Made by a program: the position numbers and the translations under genes. A stretch of DNA of 64,000 nt, taken from Eledone cirrhosa. Lineage: Eukaryota. The notes under the pieces are model-generated. The model was not told where the DNA came from. It saw nothing but the letters and a program-made list of their open reading frames with translations, and did no database searches. The stretch is taken from assembly GCA_964016885.1 (NCBI GenBank), contig OZ024741.1, positions 222,208,001 through 222,272,000 of the forward strand, read 5' to 3'. This document shows, piece after piece, positions 62,000 to 64,000 of this stretch. Numbering within the stretch: the stretch's first letter is position 1; each line of letters begins with the position of its first letter.

Positions 62000-63495
62000 A
62001 AACATTTTGTATATGGAGCTGTGTGGACACATGCATATTCGTGTATCTGTGTGTGTGTGTGTGTGTTTATACGTTTGTATGAATCTAAGGAGATGTGTGT
62101 GTAAGTAAAAGAGTGTGTGTTTGTAAGTACGAAGCTGTGAGAAAATGTGTGTGTGTATATAATGATGTGTGTGTGTGTGTACAGAGCTGTGAACATAAAT
62201 ATAGGTGTGTGCATTTTTTGTTGGTCCGTATAACCTGTAAGAGTATGTTTCTGACCATAACAGAGCCATAGGAACCTAGAGGAAGAATGTACGCACTTGT
62301 GTGTGATAGCAGATGGGGTAAAGGTGACAGTGGCAAGGGGTAGAGAAGTAAACATGAACATAAGTGTTTAAGATTAAAGAAATTGGGGTTGGGGAGTCAA
62401 GTCCATTGAGGAAACTTGTCCCAAGGTGGAAAATCAGACTGTTCAGTCGTGGTGTGCGAGGCCTATGATCCGTGATGTAAAAGGACACCAAGGACTGAAA
62501 AATATAGGGAAGAGTGGCTTGGAGAACAGAAATAATGGGTACTGGGGGTTTCCATACTGAGTCGTATGTCCCTCCAATGTTCAACAAAACAGTCCGCCAA
62601 GTGGAGTCCTGTTTGTCCGATGTATAAGGACCAGCAAAGGGAACACTAGAGGGCATAAACTACGTAGGTGGATGTGCAGGTGAAGGAGTGGTGGATACGG
62701 AATGAACCATTGGGGCCTGTAAGAGTGGTGAGGTTAGAAATGAAAGAACAGGTATTACAGCGGGGACGAGAACAGGGATGAGAGCTGGGAGGTGTCCTAG
62801 GAGAGGAAGGGAAGAAACTACGTACTAGGAGGTTGCAGAGATTATTGGCACACCTAAAAGCAGTGATAGTGGGGCTTGGAAAAAATCGAAAAGTGACGGG
62901 TCAGAAGAGAGTGTGGAAACAAAGGGGGATATGTCGCTAGAGAGGTAGGGTGATGGGGGTGGTAGATGAAGGGAAAAGGAAAGTAGGTGCTGGGAGGGCC
63001 GTGCTGGAGTGAGAGGGCTGTAATATAGTTGGTTTCACAGGTGCAGGTGAGGGCAGCTTGGATGAGTATGGTGGGATATCCATGCTGGATGAAGCGGGAG
63101 GTCATGTGAAGGGACTGAATCTTGGAATCATGGCCCTGGCTACAGAACCAATGAAGATGGAGGAATTGGAAGTAGGGTATGGAAAGTTGGTGGGATGGGA
63201 GGCGGTGACGTCGAGGTAGGAGTGGGAATCTGGACTTATAGAAGATGGAGGTTGAGATTGTGTGGTGAGTGTGGTCAATGGAGAGAGAGATATCAAGAAA
63301 TTGAACTGAAGAGTTAGAGACAGAGATGGAGAAGGTGACGGCAGGATGAAAAGACTGGACAAAAGAAAGGAGTTGAGCTGTTCACGGGAAAGAGAGGTGG
63401 CACTGATACAATCGTCGATGTAACAACCATATAGCTCAGGGGTTGGACCAGTGTACTGGGTGAAGATCATGGCCTCAACATAGCCAACAAACAAG
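62000..63495 (-). mobile_element. Degenerate PLE (Neptune/Poseidon-like RT plus GIY-YIG) remnant
   Basis: FVGYVE...YGCYIDDCI, SHSYLD, RFIQHGYP, PCSRPRCNTC, FTCTST.VVY...YIGQTG; frameshifted. Confidence 0.75.
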
Positions 63496-63637
63496 TTGGA
63501 ATATTTAGTTACCCCAGAGACCTGTTGGTAAAACTCTTCAGAATGTATTTTAATTCAATTGTACATCATAATTTGTCCGACGTTTGGATATTTTTTACTC
63601 AATTTTTACTACAATATATATATATATATATATATAT

Positions 63638-64000
63638 CATCATCATCATCATCATCACTATTTTACGTCCGTTCTTCCACGCTAGCATGGGTTAGATGGG
63701 TTGTCCTGTTGTGGGCAGTGTCCAGTCGGCTGACCTTGTCTTGCTCATACGGGAACTAATTCTGGCTTAGTTTCTACAGCTGGATGCCCTTCCTAACACC
63801 AACCTCATTTACAGTGAGTGCTGGGTGCTTTTTTTTTTCCGTGGCGCCTACACGTCCACTTTGCAGTGGAATGATATGGACCCCACCCCAGTCCCTACCA
63901 TCTCATTTCTACAGCTGAGTAAACTGGAGCAATGTGAAATAAAGTGTCTTGCTCAAGGAAACAACACATCACCCGGTCTGAGAATTGAACTCACAACCTT
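63638..64000 (-). mobile_element. SINE family B variant with a longer RTE tail; runs off the window end
   Basis: (CAT)n tail plus RTE 3' UTR like that at 32628-32850, joined to the SINE B core. Confidence 0.8.

Overview
AT-rich eukaryotic (animal) genomic DNA, most likely an octopus or other coleoid cephalopod (inferred from the repeat landscape, not proven). The window lies inside one + strand gene, a CFAP69 ortholog. Eight phase-compatible GT-AG exons were reconstructed by hand: 1-32, 1132-1307, 4145-4266, 6248-6467, 7407-7571, 12866-12981, 35175-35293 and 59066-59147. The two largest introns (about 22 kb and 24 kb) are filled with mobile elements, mostly landing in (TA)n microsatellites. 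These include RTE-clade LINEs with a PHD-like finger (one near full length), two tRNA-derived SINE families, several Penelope-like element (PLE) families, a mariner, a DD37D/maT remnant, MITEs, an internally deleted Helitron, a solo LTR and a 5S rRNA fragment. The most striking unexplained structure is a series of about a dozen fold-back (palindromic) insertions from about 50 bp to 6.7 kb. They carry type I hammerhead ribozyme motifs, and in the smallest ones the fold-back point sits in, or immediately 5' of, the ribozyme. All structure calls were made by eye; no folding or database searches were run.
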